From an uncultured virus (IMG/VR IMGVR_UViG_3300035208_003016) (taxonomy: Duplodnaviria; Heunggongvirae; Uroviricota; Caudoviricetes): a stretch of 64,000 bases of DNA. The DNA is taken from IMG/VR virus record IMGVR_UViG_3300035208_003016; one strand, written 5' to 3'. The position numbers and the translations under genes were made by a program. This document shows positions 51,071 to 59,889 of this stretch, piece after piece. The notes below the pieces were generated by a model that did no database searches, was not told the DNA's origin, and saw nothing but the letters and a program-made list of their open reading frames with translations. Numbering within the stretch: the stretch's first letter is position 1; every line of letters begins with the position of its first letter.

Positions 51071-51311
51071 TAATGTGGCATTCTCTAATAGTGTAGTATA
51101 ATATATTATCTACTTCAAGAGGTGTCGCGTCACACTTATAAAACAAAACTACTTTTCCTACTTCAGTGATTTTAACATTAGGACCGATTGCTTCTATACG
51201 TCCATATTGCCAAGGATTACTGTCATGACCTGTTAGTATAATTCCACCACTAGCTTTTTTTTCAATAAGTGTAACTATAATTCTATCATTTGCTGCTATT
51301 AAGTTTATCAT
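51051..51311 (-). CDS. groES: GroES/Cpn10 co-chaperonin
   Basis: NDRIIV...ASGGIILT...GRIEAIGP...GKVVLF...IRECHIIG. Confidence 0.85.
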   Translation of the reverse strand: MINLIAANDRIIVTLIEKKASGGIILTGHDSNPWQYGRIEAIGPNVKITEVGKVVLFYKCDATPLEVDNILYYTIRECHIIGIYKN

Positions 51312-52308
51312 CTTTTAATTCCTTTTTAAGTATTTCAACAATTTTAATTGAACTGTCTCCAGATCCAAATGGACATATATAATCATCTAATTTTTTATTT
51401 AACATTCTTCTAAATGATACTGGTAAAAATTCTGGTGTCTTACACAGGCTCGCATTCAGCCACAAGGCTTCTTGTCTCTCTGTGCAACGTCTTGCAACTA
51501 TTATTTTTCTTTTCAAAAAACAAGCTTCTTCTTGAATACCACCACTATCACTTATTATTAATATACTTTTTTTAATTTCAATAATCAAGTCTTCTCTACT
51601 TAAAGGCTTAATTATTTTAACCTTCGGTATAAGATGCTTAAACTTTTGTATCTCTGGATTAGGATGCATTGGAAATATAAACTCATATTGTGGATACCAT
51701 CGTGTAAGCTTGTCTATTTGAATGAACCATTGATCTAAGATTGGCAAGTTCTCTCTACGATGCATTGTAATTAATACTTTATTTTCTTGTGGTATTGGAG
51801 TAGGATCAATAGTATCTAAAACGGTGTTACCGACCATATAAATTGGTTTCCTTATACCCTCAGAACGTATGTTAAAACAATTCTGCTTGGTAGCACAGAA
51901 ATGATATGAAGCAATAGAACTTATCATTCTACGTAATGCTTCTTCTGGATATGGATTTTCAATGTCCCATGATCTCATTCCCGATTCCAGATATAGAATC
52001 GGAATATTTCTTGTAAAAGCAGCTAATGCTGTAGCGTATGCAGTTACTGTATCACCTTGGACTAAAACATGTGTACAACCTTCTAAGATATCATTTTCTT
52101 GATCTAAAATGTTGAGTACTACGTTATTAAGTCTATTAGTAGATATGTCTCCTAAAGTGATTGTAACGTGTTCTGGCAGGTCTGGAATAAGATCTGTGCG
52201 TTTAGTTATATAGATAAGTTTAAATGGTATATTAGCTGCTTTAAGATGAGGTATAAGTGGAAGTATTTTTATAATCTCGGGGCGTGTACCGAATATTAAA
52301 TGAATCAT
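51286..52308 (-). CDS. wecB: UDP-N-acetylglucosamine 2-epimerase
   Basis: GTRPEIIK, VQGDT, PYPEE, VGNTVLD, HRREN, SDSGGIQEEA. Confidence 0.92.
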   Translation of the reverse strand: MIHLIFGTRPEIIKILPLIPHLKAANIPFKLIYITKRTDLIPDLPEHVTITLGDISTNRLNNVVLNILDQENDILEGCTHVLVQGDTVTAYATALAAFTRNIPILYLESGMRSWDIENPYPEEALRRMISSIASYHFCATKQNCFNIRSEGIRKPIYMVGNTVLDTIDPTPIPQENKVLITMHRRENLPILDQWFIQIDKLTRWYPQYEFIFPMHPNPEIQKFKHLIPKVKIIKPLSREDLIIEIKKSILIISDSGGIQEEACFLKRKIIVARRCTERQEALWLNASLCKTPEFLPVSFRRMLNKKLDDYICPFGSGDSSIKIVEILKKELKDDKLNSSK

Positions 52309-52314
52309 TATAAT

Positions 52315-52452
52315 TTATTTTCTTGAAGGAAGTGAAATAATAAATCCAAGTATTGTACCAAATATAGTAGCAGGAAGACCAAGCATACAAAATGCTAATG
52401 CTCCAAGTAACATAGAAGTTATAGTTTTATCAATTTGTTTGAATGTAATCAT
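52315..52452 (-). CDS. Small membrane protein
   Basis: MITFKQIDK... followed by two short hydrophobic segments. Confidence 0.45.
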   Translation of the reverse strand: MITFKQIDKTITSMLLGALAFCMLGLPATIFGTILGFIISLPSRK

Positions 52453-52624
52453 AAACTCTTTTTCCATTTTCAACGTATTGATTATTTCTAGGATCATTTT
52501 CTTTAAAATACTTAAAATCTTCTAGAATTCCTGTAATAGGATTACCATCTAGATCAGTATAAATATTTAAATCATAATCAAAATGATTAATAAATGTCCA
52601 TTCATTATATTTATATATTTTCAT
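52430..52624 (-). CDS. Hypothetical protein (start corrected to MKIYKYNEW, outside the tRNA)
   Basis: The ORF-track start lies inside a tRNA gene; next ATG is at 52624. Confidence 0.5.
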   Translation of the reverse strand: MKIYKYNEWTFINHFDYDLNIYTDLDGNPITGILEDFKYFKENDPRNNQYVENGKRVYDYIQTN

Positions 52625-52642
52625 ATTGTTCTTTACAAATAA

Positions 52643-52730
52643 TAGCGGTGGATGGATTTGAACCATCGAACTCCTTGTGGGAGTTTGGATTTATGAGACC
52701 CATGACCTTGGCCAGCTAGTCGACACCGCA
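52643..52730 (-). tRNA. tRNA with CAU anticodon (Met/Ile2) and long variable arm
   Basis: TGCGGTG-TC-GACTAGCTGGCCAAGGTC-A-TGGGT CTCATAA ATCCA-AACTCC CACAA GGAGTT-C-GATGG TTCAAAT CCATC-CACCGCT-A. Confidence 0.85.
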
Positions 52731-52737
52731 GTAATAT

Positions 52738-52974
52738 TTAGTTATCTTCTTTAAGTTTATCTAATTGTTCAGATAGTATATTATTTACCATTTGATTTAA
52801 TGTAATATCTTCTTCATGAGCTTTTGTAGCTAGAAATATAAAATCTTCATCAGATAGTTCTATTTCAATAGACTTTTTATTTTCATCTTCACATAGTTCT
52901 ATGATAAGATCACATAGATCATCATTTACTTCAAATTCAATACCATCATTAATTTTTATTTTGTTACTAGACAT
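52738..52974 (-). CDS. Hypothetical protein, possible ribbon-helix-helix C-terminus (start corrected to MSSNK)
   Basis: IEIELSDEDFIFLATKAHEEDITLNQMVNNIL; the ORF-track start lies inside a tRNA. Confidence 0.5.
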   Translation of the reverse strand: MSSNKIKINDGIEFEVNDDLCDLIIELCEDENKKSIEIELSDEDFIFLATKAHEEDITLNQMVNNILSEQLDKLKEDN

Positions 52975-52993
52975 ATTGCTTCTTTCTTTTAAA

Positions 52994-53070
52994 TGGTTCC
53001 TGCGGAGGAATTCGAATCCTCGTTTCAAGAGTCACGATCTTGTGTCCTAACCAACTAGACGACAACAGGC
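52994..53070 (-). tRNA. Atypical tRNA-His(GUG) with encoded CCA
   Basis: GCCTGTTG-TC-GTCTAGTTGGTTAGGAC-A-CAAGA TCGTGAC TCTTG-AAAC-GAGGA TTCGAAT TCCTC-CGCAGGA-A-CCA. Confidence 0.8.
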
Positions 53071-53078
53071 TTAATTAT

Positions 53079-53438
53079 TTATTCAGATCTATGATTACCT
53101 TTAACTTCAAGATAACCTTCATTTGTTTCTTGTTGAATTCTATTTTTAATAGATATTCTTATCTTATTTTTATCTCTTATAGCTAAAGCACGTTTCCCTA
53201 CTTCTTCAAGACCAAGTTTATCCTCTAAAAAATTTCTAATATCTGCCTCTAAATCCCATATCTGACCATTAATATCTTTAAGTTCTCTAAACCATTTGTC
53301 TTCATAAGGACATTTAAATTCTTTAAGAGCGTTTACAAGGTCATTATATTCTTTTATGATTCTATTATCTTTTAAACGTTCAATTTTAAGTATTACAATA
53401 CTAAGTCTATCAAGTATTTCTGGAAGTGGATATTGCAT
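53079..53438 (-). CDS. Helical protein, DUF6165-like (often found near glycan genes)
   Basis: EILDRLSIVILK...LKDINGQIWDLEADIR...N..R..IK..I...E.K. Confidence 0.65.
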   Translation of the reverse strand: MQYPLPEILDRLSIVILKIERLKDNRIIKEYNDLVNALKEFKCPYEDKWFRELKDINGQIWDLEADIRNFLEDKLGLEEVGKRALAIRDKNKIRISIKNRIQQETNEGYLEVKGNHRSE

Positions 53439-53447
53439 AAAATCTTT

Positions 53448-54500
53448 CTAGAAGAAGTTATAAAACATTCGGTCTTTAATAATTACATTCTCATATATTT
53501 CGTTTACTGATGAAAATGTGCATCTTGGGCACTGTTTTACATCTATTGAATTATGTATATTTTTATGTTTTTCTGATCCCCATATATTACTTTCAGATAT
53601 ATTTCCAAGTTCAATTGAATTATCACCACGACGATCACAGCATAATCCAATTGTTCCATCAAAACTTATATAACATGTTGTTAAACATGTATAACATTTA
53701 TTAAAGGTTAGTTTAGGAGACCAATTTTCAGAAAATTTATTAACTACTGAAAATATTTTAAAATTATCATCTTCAAAATCTGATCTTGCTCTATTAATTT
53801 GTTCTTCTACAATTTTAATGATATTTTCATTAAATCGTATCATATTTCTATCAAACCAAGGATCACTTCCTGGACGCATATGAAAAAGATCACAACCAAT
53901 ATTTTTAGCTAATTTGATAGCATCATATATTTCATTATAATTTGTTGGTAAAAGTAGATATTTATAACATATTTCAAGACCTTTAGAGGTTATATTAGAT
54001 ATATTTCTTATAACAGTATTAAATATGTCTTCATTAACTCCTTTTACTACTGAAAATGTTTTAGATGTTGCACAATCTACTGATATTCCTAAATAATCGC
54101 ATTTTAATATAGTTTCAATATTTTTATTTAATTTTACACCATTTGTTACAAAAGCTATTTGAATATTATTTTCTTTTAATTGATCAATAAGATAATAAGT
54201 ATTATCATTAGTTAAAGGCTCCCCACCACCCCCAATACAAATCGATGCTGTAAACCATTGATTTTTAAAGACTTGTATTAATTGATCTACTGTTTCTTTG
54301 GACATCATACCTTGTTTAGTTTGTAGTGCTTCTGCGGCATTGCAGTGTTTACAATTGAGTTGACAAATAGCACTAGGATCTACTGAAACAAATAATGGTG
54401 GAGCAATTGTATTGGTATCATATGCTTTTTTCCAATATGGAACATGTACAAGTGCTTTCATACTATTAAACGAATTATATTTATTATGCCACTCTTTCAT
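53448..54500 (-). CDS. Radical SAM protein with C-terminal SPASM/twitch domain
   Basis: CQLNCKHC (CxxxCxxC), GGGEPL, VTNG; C-terminal C...DGTIGLCC...LGNI...CPRC. Confidence 0.9.
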   Translation of the reverse strand: MKEWHNKYNSFNSMKALVHVPYWKKAYDTNTIAPPLFVSVDPSAICQLNCKHCNAAEALQTKQGMMSKETVDQLIQVFKNQWFTASICIGGGGEPLTNDNTYYLIDQLKENNIQIAFVTNGVKLNKNIETILKCDYLGISVDCATSKTFSVVKGVNEDIFNTVIRNISNITSKGLEICYKYLLLPTNYNEIYDAIKLAKNIGCDLFHMRPGSDPWFDRNMIRFNENIIKIVEEQINRARSDFEDDNFKIFSVVNKFSENWSPKLTFNKCYTCLTTCYISFDGTIGLCCDRRGDNSIELGNISESNIWGSEKHKNIHNSIDVKQCPRCTFSSVNEIYENVIIKDRMFYNFF

Positions 54501-55401
54501 CTCTATCCTTTATTTTATTAAAAATTACTTCACTATCGTAATTTAAAACTTTATTATATGCTTTATCTATTATACTTGTATAATTATTATAGTTTAAAGT
54601 TATATCAATTATTAACTTTTTTAATTCTTCTATCGATTTCCAATATATAAATTCATCTTTATTAAACCAATATTCCATTACATTCCAAGTATCGTATTTA
54701 ATTAAATTTAATGTTTTACATGCTGCTGCTTCTATGACTCTACTTTTAAATTGTGGAATATAATAATCTTGAAGATTAGAAAAAGCTATATTATCATTCC
54801 AATTTTTATAAGTTTTTATGTTATTAACGTGATAATCGTTTATTGGACAAGCGTTTATAGTAATATTAATTTTTGATTGTTTAAGTAATTTCCATTTGCT
54901 GATTGTTGGAATATTAAAATGTGTTTGAAGTCTATGAGTTTGTAATGTTGTAAAAATGTATTTAAATTCTGGTAATAAATTAATTATATTTTCTTGTTCT
55001 TGATTAGTTATATTACCTTGGTATATAACATCAAACATTTTATTTTCATCTTTAATTACACTATTAAGATACTTAATATTCATTGGAAAAGCAATAGGAA
55101 AATACTTTTTCTTATCTTTATTTAACCAATCAGCAGTATAAGGACATATTGTATAAATTTTATCAAAGTATTCTTGAGAAGAAATAGCATTGGATGTTGA
55201 TGTAAAAGCACAAGGAGCTTCTAGATTGAGATATATTTTTCGTTTATAGTCTTTATATTTTAATTTAAGATTTTCGTTTATAGATGTATTATAACCCTGA
55301 AATAATATTTCTTCTTGTGAGTTATCATTATATAAGTTATAAAAATAATAATTATTTAATGCATCTGGATATTCACCAGTTTTATCATGAATAACTTTCA
55401 T
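54484..55401 (-). CDS. GT-B glycosyltransferase (CgeB/YkvP-like C-terminus)
   Basis: SKINITIN...KSRVIEAAACKTL...EYWF..DEFIYW. Confidence 0.75.
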   Translation of the reverse strand: MKVIHDKTGEYPDALNNYYFYNLYNDNSQEEILFQGYNTSINENLKLKYKDYKRKIYLNLEAPCAFTSTSNAISSQEYFDKIYTICPYTADWLNKDKKKYFPIAFPMNIKYLNSVIKDENKMFDVIYQGNITNQEQENIINLLPEFKYIFTTLQTHRLQTHFNIPTISKWKLLKQSKINITINACPINDYHVNNIKTYKNWNDNIAFSNLQDYYIPQFKSRVIEAAACKTLNLIKYDTWNVMEYWFNKDEFIYWKSIEELKKLIIDITLNYNNYTSIIDKAYNKVLNYDSEVIFNKIKDRDERVA

Positions 55402-56090
55402 TTTACAAAGATCATTCCATAATTTATACGTCGATATATATCTGAAGTTTTAAGTAATTCAAATGTTATTTCTTCGTAGTTATAATAACTTGTTGGTTCT
55501 TCTAGATATGCATCTCCTCGATCATTAAAAGTTATTTTACTTATATCTTTTATGTTATCTATATAACCTATAATTCCAAATTTAGTATATTTTAAATCAA
55601 ATAGATATCTTATACATTTCAAAGCTTCATCTAATAATTCTTCATGCCATTCAAAGCATATCTTATTTTGTTTAGATGTAAGACCTTGTAAGACTGAATA
55701 TTCATAGCCTTCAACGTCTATTTTAATAATATCAGGAGATCCATATTGTTTAATAAGTGTATCTAGAGTAATTGTATCTATATTTTGAACAGTTGGCCAA
55801 GTTACTACATTTTGAGTAGCTTGTAAGTTCTTACTTCCAAGTACAAATCTAGATTGATTTATAAATTTATCTGAAGCTGTAGAAATACCATCATTACCTT
55901 GGCTACCAATGTAAAATGTTTTAGTTTCATTATCTTTGTTTGAGACTAATTTATTTATATATGTAATATTTTTATGTCTTGAATTTAATGTATTGTTTGC
56001 TTCTATTGCAATAATTTCACAATCTGGATATAATTCTAGACATCGATCTGTAAAATTACCTTTATTATAACCTATATCAAATATTTTCAT
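55398..56090 (-). CDS. FkbM-family methyltransferase
   Basis: FDIGYNKG, IAIEAN, TITLDTL, IKIDVEGYE. Confidence 0.92.
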   Translation of the reverse strand: MKIFDIGYNKGNFTDRCLELYPDCEIIAIEANNTLNSRHKNITYINKLVSNKDNETKTFYIGSQGNDGISTASDKFINQSRFVLGSKNLQATQNVVTWPTVQNIDTITLDTLIKQYGSPDIIKIDVEGYEYSVLQGLTSKQNKICFEWHEELLDEALKCIRYLFDLKYTKFGIIGYIDNIKDISKITFNDRGDAYLEEPTSYYNYEEITFELLKTSDIYRRINYGMIFVK

Positions 56091-56818
56091 ACTGTTCTTG
56101 AATCTAATATTTCTTTTAAATGTTTATATTTTTTATTTATATATTGTTTATCTACAATTTCATTAGATTGAATACCATTCCAACCATGAGTATATGTCTT
56201 GTTTTCTTTTATGCATTCAAAATTATTTGAAACTAATAAATCATTTATTTTGTAATTATCATCATCTTTTTCATAATGATTAAATACCGTTGTTTCTACA
56301 TTAATAAATACTATCTTATGTAGATATTCTGATATACTCTGTAATATATTATAATCTTTTCCTTGAGTATCAATTTTAATATGTTCTATATACTTAAATC
56401 GTTTCCAAGGTATTAAACTTAAAAAATATTCTAAAGATATTACAGGAACTTTAATAACTTCTTTTACTGTATAAGGTAAATATTTAGTTGGTTTATATAA
56501 ACTAGAGCATCCTGGATCAGTATTAGTAACATAAAAATCTGTATAAGTTGGCTCAATTATATTATCTAGAGCAGTATATAATAATTTAAAATTAGGATCA
56601 TTAGTTAAACCTAAATGATTAATACTATTAATATTACTTGGAAGAGGTTCAAATGCAAAGATTATTCTATCTTTAAGAGTTCTTAACCAAAGTTGTGAAT
56701 TTGGAGCACAATATGAAAGACCAATATCTAATTTAATATTAGATATGTTTTTTGGAATTATTAAAATATTGTCTTCAATTAGTTTAGTAAGACCAATTTT
56801 TTCGTATATATTTACCAT
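56087..56818 (-). CDS. FkbM-family methyltransferase
   Basis: LDIG, FAFEP, GCSSLY, IKIDTQGKD. Confidence 0.9.
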   Translation of the reverse strand: MVNIYEKIGLTKLIEDNILIIPKNISNIKLDIGLSYCAPNSQLWLRTLKDRIIFAFEPLPSNINSINHLGLTNDPNFKLLYTALDNIIEPTYTDFYVTNTDPGCSSLYKPTKYLPYTVKEVIKVPVISLEYFLSLIPWKRFKYIEHIKIDTQGKDYNILQSISEYLHKIVFINVETTVFNHYEKDDDNYKINDLLVSNNFECIKENKTYTHGWNGIQSNEIVDKQYINKKYKHLKEILDSRTV

Positions 56819-57543
56819 TCTTGTCTTTCTGCTGGATTGTAAAGTCCACGTTTGTTCATATCTATATTATATTCTTGAGTAAGTATATTTAATTCTTCTG
56901 GATATTCTAAGTAATTCCATTTTCTTCTTATAATTGCTGTTGCTATTATTGGAAATATTAAACTATCATAATGATGTTGACCACGCTTTGGTTGTCCATG
57001 ATATACAAAACTTCCTGTTAATCCTAATTTTCTAGACGCATATGTGTATTGTTGTCGTTCAACAAAATCAAGAACTTTAGCAGTTTTATACATATTTATA
57101 AAATCTAAACGATTCCATATAGAAGCTTGCATACAATAAAATAAAGGATGTCCACATGGAACATCAAATAAATCTTCTTTTATTCGGTTAAATCCAGTAA
57201 GATCGTTTGCTATAAACTTAACAAAACTTTTTTTAGATTCATCTAAAAAATTTAAATAGAAGTTTAATTTATTAAAATTAGGTCTATCTGTAAGTATAAA
57301 ATCTTCTTGCATATAGATAAAATATTTACAATCTAATGTCTCTAAAAAATTTACCCATTGTTTCCAATATGGTTGTTTTTCATCATATAAATTAAATTTA
57401 TGATTTTGATATTTATCAGAAAGTTTATTAGATATAACATAACTATCTACATTAGGAATATATTTATCTAACTGACCAAAATACATTGGCCAAATATCTT
57501 CACAACTTGAATGTGTATAAGTAACTATTGGTATATTTAACAT
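56812..57543 (-). CDS. GT-A-like glycosyltransferase
   Basis: YTHSSCEDIW, YFIYMQEDFIL, QASIW motifs; cluster context. Confidence 0.6.
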   Translation of the reverse strand: MLNIPIVTYTHSSCEDIWPMYFGQLDKYIPNVDSYVISNKLSDKYQNHKFNLYDEKQPYWKQWVNFLETLDCKYFIYMQEDFILTDRPNFNKLNFYLNFLDESKKSFVKFIANDLTGFNRIKEDLFDVPCGHPLFYCMQASIWNRLDFINMYKTAKVLDFVERQQYTYASRKLGLTGSFVYHGQPKRGQHHYDSLIFPIIATAIIRRKWNYLEYPEELNILTQEYNIDMNKRGLYNPAERQEW

Positions 57544-58175
57544 AAGTTTTTAAATACTGTAAAAGTAGTAAGATCTCTATATGGTGGATCTTCAATAAGT
57601 GGCTCTGTATGTCTAGGATAATTTGCTAATAGATTTAAACCATGAGCAGCTTGCTCGGGCGACATATAACAGTTGTACCCAAGTTCAGTAATATCATCAT
57701 CACGATAATTACATTCGCCACGTCCATCATAACGCATACGTTTAAGTTTTTCATATGCTATTTTGTTATCAGTAAGAATTGCACCACCTCTAGATATTGC
57801 TAATTGTTTCTTGCTATGGAAGCTAAGGCATGTTAAACTTGATTGAATATACATATCTGAAGTAAGCCATTTAGCACTATCTATAATAGGAGTAGGATCT
57901 AATTGGTAATAACCATTCCAAGTAATATCTTTAAATTTAATTTTATATCCAGCATGTAAAAATGATTGAGGAACTGAAAGATATGTTCTTTTAGGAACTG
58001 TTACCTCTGGAAGTTCTTTATATACATATCGTTTAAGATATTCAGCACATAGAAATAAAGCAATTGTACAACTATCTACCGTAACACAAAATGGTGCTCC
58101 TGTATATTCACATAGTTCTGCTTCAAACATTTGATTTATCTTAAATGGATTATGAACTATACTTTTTTGAGACAT
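57537..58175 (-). CDS. Compact DegT/DnrJ/EryC1/StrS sugar aminotransferase
   Basis: FEAELCEYTGA, VDSCTIAL, IIDSA, SFHSKKQL (PLP Lys), GGAILTD, GYNCYM; only 212 aa. Confidence 0.85.
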   Translation of the reverse strand: MSQKSIVHNPFKINQMFEAELCEYTGAPFCVTVDSCTIALFLCAEYLKRYVYKELPEVTVPKRTYLSVPQSFLHAGYKIKFKDITWNGYYQLDPTPIIDSAKWLTSDMYIQSSLTCLSFHSKKQLAISRGGAILTDNKIAYEKLKRMRYDGRGECNYRDDDITELGYNCYMSPEQAAHGLNLLANYPRHTEPLIEDPPYRDLTTFTVFKNLC

Positions 58176-58176
58176 T

Positions 58177-58557
58177 TTAATCTACCAATGTATAAGTTAA
58201 TTTATGTTTATCAAAAAACTGTTGTCCAGATATATTAGTTTTTCGCACTTTAATATCTAGAAATGGATATTCTCTAATAATAGAATATAATAATTCTGTA
58301 CCAATACCTTTATTATAATAATCTGGATGTACTGCTATTCTAAGATCATTATTAACTACTCCAATAAATCCTACTGGAATGTTATTTAATAAATAAATAT
58401 AATAACTAGATCCATATTTAGACATGTATTTTTCTTGAGATTCTTGAGATATATAAGTATGATCTACAAATGAATCTGATAATCTAGTGTCATTTCTAAG
58501 AGATCGTATGAATTCCCAATATATTTTGTTATTATTAACTTGTATTATCATATGCAA
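58177..58557 (-). CDS. GNAT N-acetyltransferase (PseH-like)
   Basis: FIRSLRND, VHPDYYNKGIG, N..GQQFF. Confidence 0.85.
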   Translation of the reverse strand: MHMIIQVNNNKIYWEFIRSLRNDTRLSDSFVDHTYISQESQEKYMSKYGSSYYIYLLNNIPVGFIGVVNNDLRIAVHPDYYNKGIGTELLYSIIREYPFLDIKVRKTNISGQQFFDKHKLTYTLVD

Positions 58558-59342
58558 ACCCTATGACTTAATCCATATGGTTGCTTATATTTCCATTTAG
58601 CTAAGAGATAATCTCTGTCTATAGGTAGATTTAAATAATAATTCAATGTAGTTCCTATATTTAAATATGTATTTTTGTTATTAAATTGATGAAGTTGATG
58701 TATTAAAATATTACTTAATGAAGATGCTGAAAATAAATATACTCTATTTTGACTATCTTGTCCAGTAAAATCTTTAAGATCTTCTATTAAATCTATATCA
58801 TTAACTATACAATTTTCTCCAACATGAAAAATTGCTGATGTTTTAAATGGTAATTTATGTATACTTTTTGATTCTACTGGTAATATTAATGAATTTTCAT
58901 TACATATTAAAATTACTTCTTTAGATTTAAATAAAGGAACTATAACATCTATAAAAAAGTCATAGTTATTATTAACCAAGAGATTTGCCCAGGTAAGATT
59001 ACTATGATCTTTTAATTCATTTAACATCCAATTATATCGTTCATTTCCGACGCAACACTTACATATTTTACCTTTATAATAGTTATCTGCTTGGTAATAA
59101 AATGAATCTAGAAGCAAATGTCTTATATGTTGATGTTTGTTTGGATCAAAACATTTATGATCTATACTTGGAAAACCTTTATTAAATATTGTATCTCCAA
59201 ATATAACTTGATTATTATTAATTTCAAGTTTATAATTTTTAAGTATAGCTTCGCACCCATCGCTGAAGCGAGTGAAACTAAAAGGAATATTGTTTTTAAG
59301 TCTATGATAAAATTCTATTATATCACCTCTAAACGTCTTCAT
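58548..59342 (-). CDS. GT-D fold (DUF1792-like) glycosyltransferase
   Basis: FSFTRFSDGCE (compare RFGDGE), LFSASSLSNIL, YLNIGT. Confidence 0.6.
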   Translation of the reverse strand: MKTFRGDIIEFYHRLKNNIPFSFTRFSDGCEAILKNYKLEINNNQVIFGDTIFNKGFPSIDHKCFDPNKHQHIRHLLLDSFYYQADNYYKGKICKCCVGNERYNWMLNELKDHSNLTWANLLVNNNYDFFIDVIVPLFKSKEVILICNENSLILPVESKSIHKLPFKTSAIFHVGENCIVNDIDLIEDLKDFTGQDSQNRVYLFSASSLSNILIHQLHQFNNKNTYLNIGTTLNYYLNLPIDRDYLLAKWKYKQPYGLSHRVCI

Positions 59343-59475
59343 TGTGATCCTTTAAAATTATAATTTTGTCTACGTTCCAATCTCCAGTAAGCTCTGGAAA
59401 GAATTCAAAAAACATACCACTATGTATAAGATTATCATAAAATTCTTTAGTATTAATCGTTTTATATTTGTTCAT
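59329..59475 (-). CDS. 48-aa hypothetical protein
   Basis: Manual translation MNKYKTIN...SGMFFEFFPELTGDW... Confidence 0.45.
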   Translation of the reverse strand: MNKYKTINTKEFYDNLIHSGMFFEFFPELTGDWNVDKIIILKDHNEDV

Positions 59476-59549
59476 TAATCCTCGACGTGTCTAGATATAA
59501 ATTTATAAATTAAATAAAGTATACAAATATATAGAATAAAATATAACAT
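59475..59549 (-). CDS. 24-aa single-TM peptide
   Basis: MLYFILYICILYLIYKFISRHVED*; abuts the upstream stop and is TAATG-coupled downstream. Confidence 0.35.
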   Translation of the reverse strand: MLYFILYICILYLIYKFISRHVED

Positions 59550-59708
59550 TTATTTCTTCTTAAATATAATAATATAAGTAAGTATAATAATTGCTAATAT
59601 AATACCTAAAATTAAACCTAAACCTAAAAAGAATTTAAACAATGGTAAAAAGAATATAAAAGTTGAATATCCTAAACCAATAAGTAAAAGACTGAGTAAA
59701 CTAATCAT
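59550..59708 (-). CDS. 52-aa two-TM membrane protein
   Basis: MISLLSLLLIGLGYSTFIFFLPLFKFFLGLGLILGIILAIIILTYIIIFKKK*. Confidence 0.45.
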   Translation of the reverse strand: MISLLSLLLIGLGYSTFIFFLPLFKFFLGLGLILGIILAIIILTYIIIFKKK

Positions 59709-59889
59709 TAATATTTTCATTTTTAATCCTTATATTTGATTTTTTATGTTCGCATTCAATATTATTTGAAATACAATATGTATAATATGATTCGTTTTTG
59801 AGATATTTAAAATCACATTTTATTTTCCAATTTGCTAAACATATATAATCTTTTTCATATTGTGCTCTATCTCGTAAATTTATAGACAT
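59701..59889 (-). CDS. Small Cys-containing protein
   Basis: Four Cys; operon spacing. Confidence 0.4.
   Translation of the reverse strand: MSINLRDRAQYEKDYICLANWKIKCDFKYLKNESYYTYCISNNIECEHKKSNIRIKNENIND

Noticed and set aside
52625..53028. ORF-track starts at 52666 and 53028
   Set aside because: They fall inside tRNA genes; downstream ATGs at 52624 and 52974 are more plausible.
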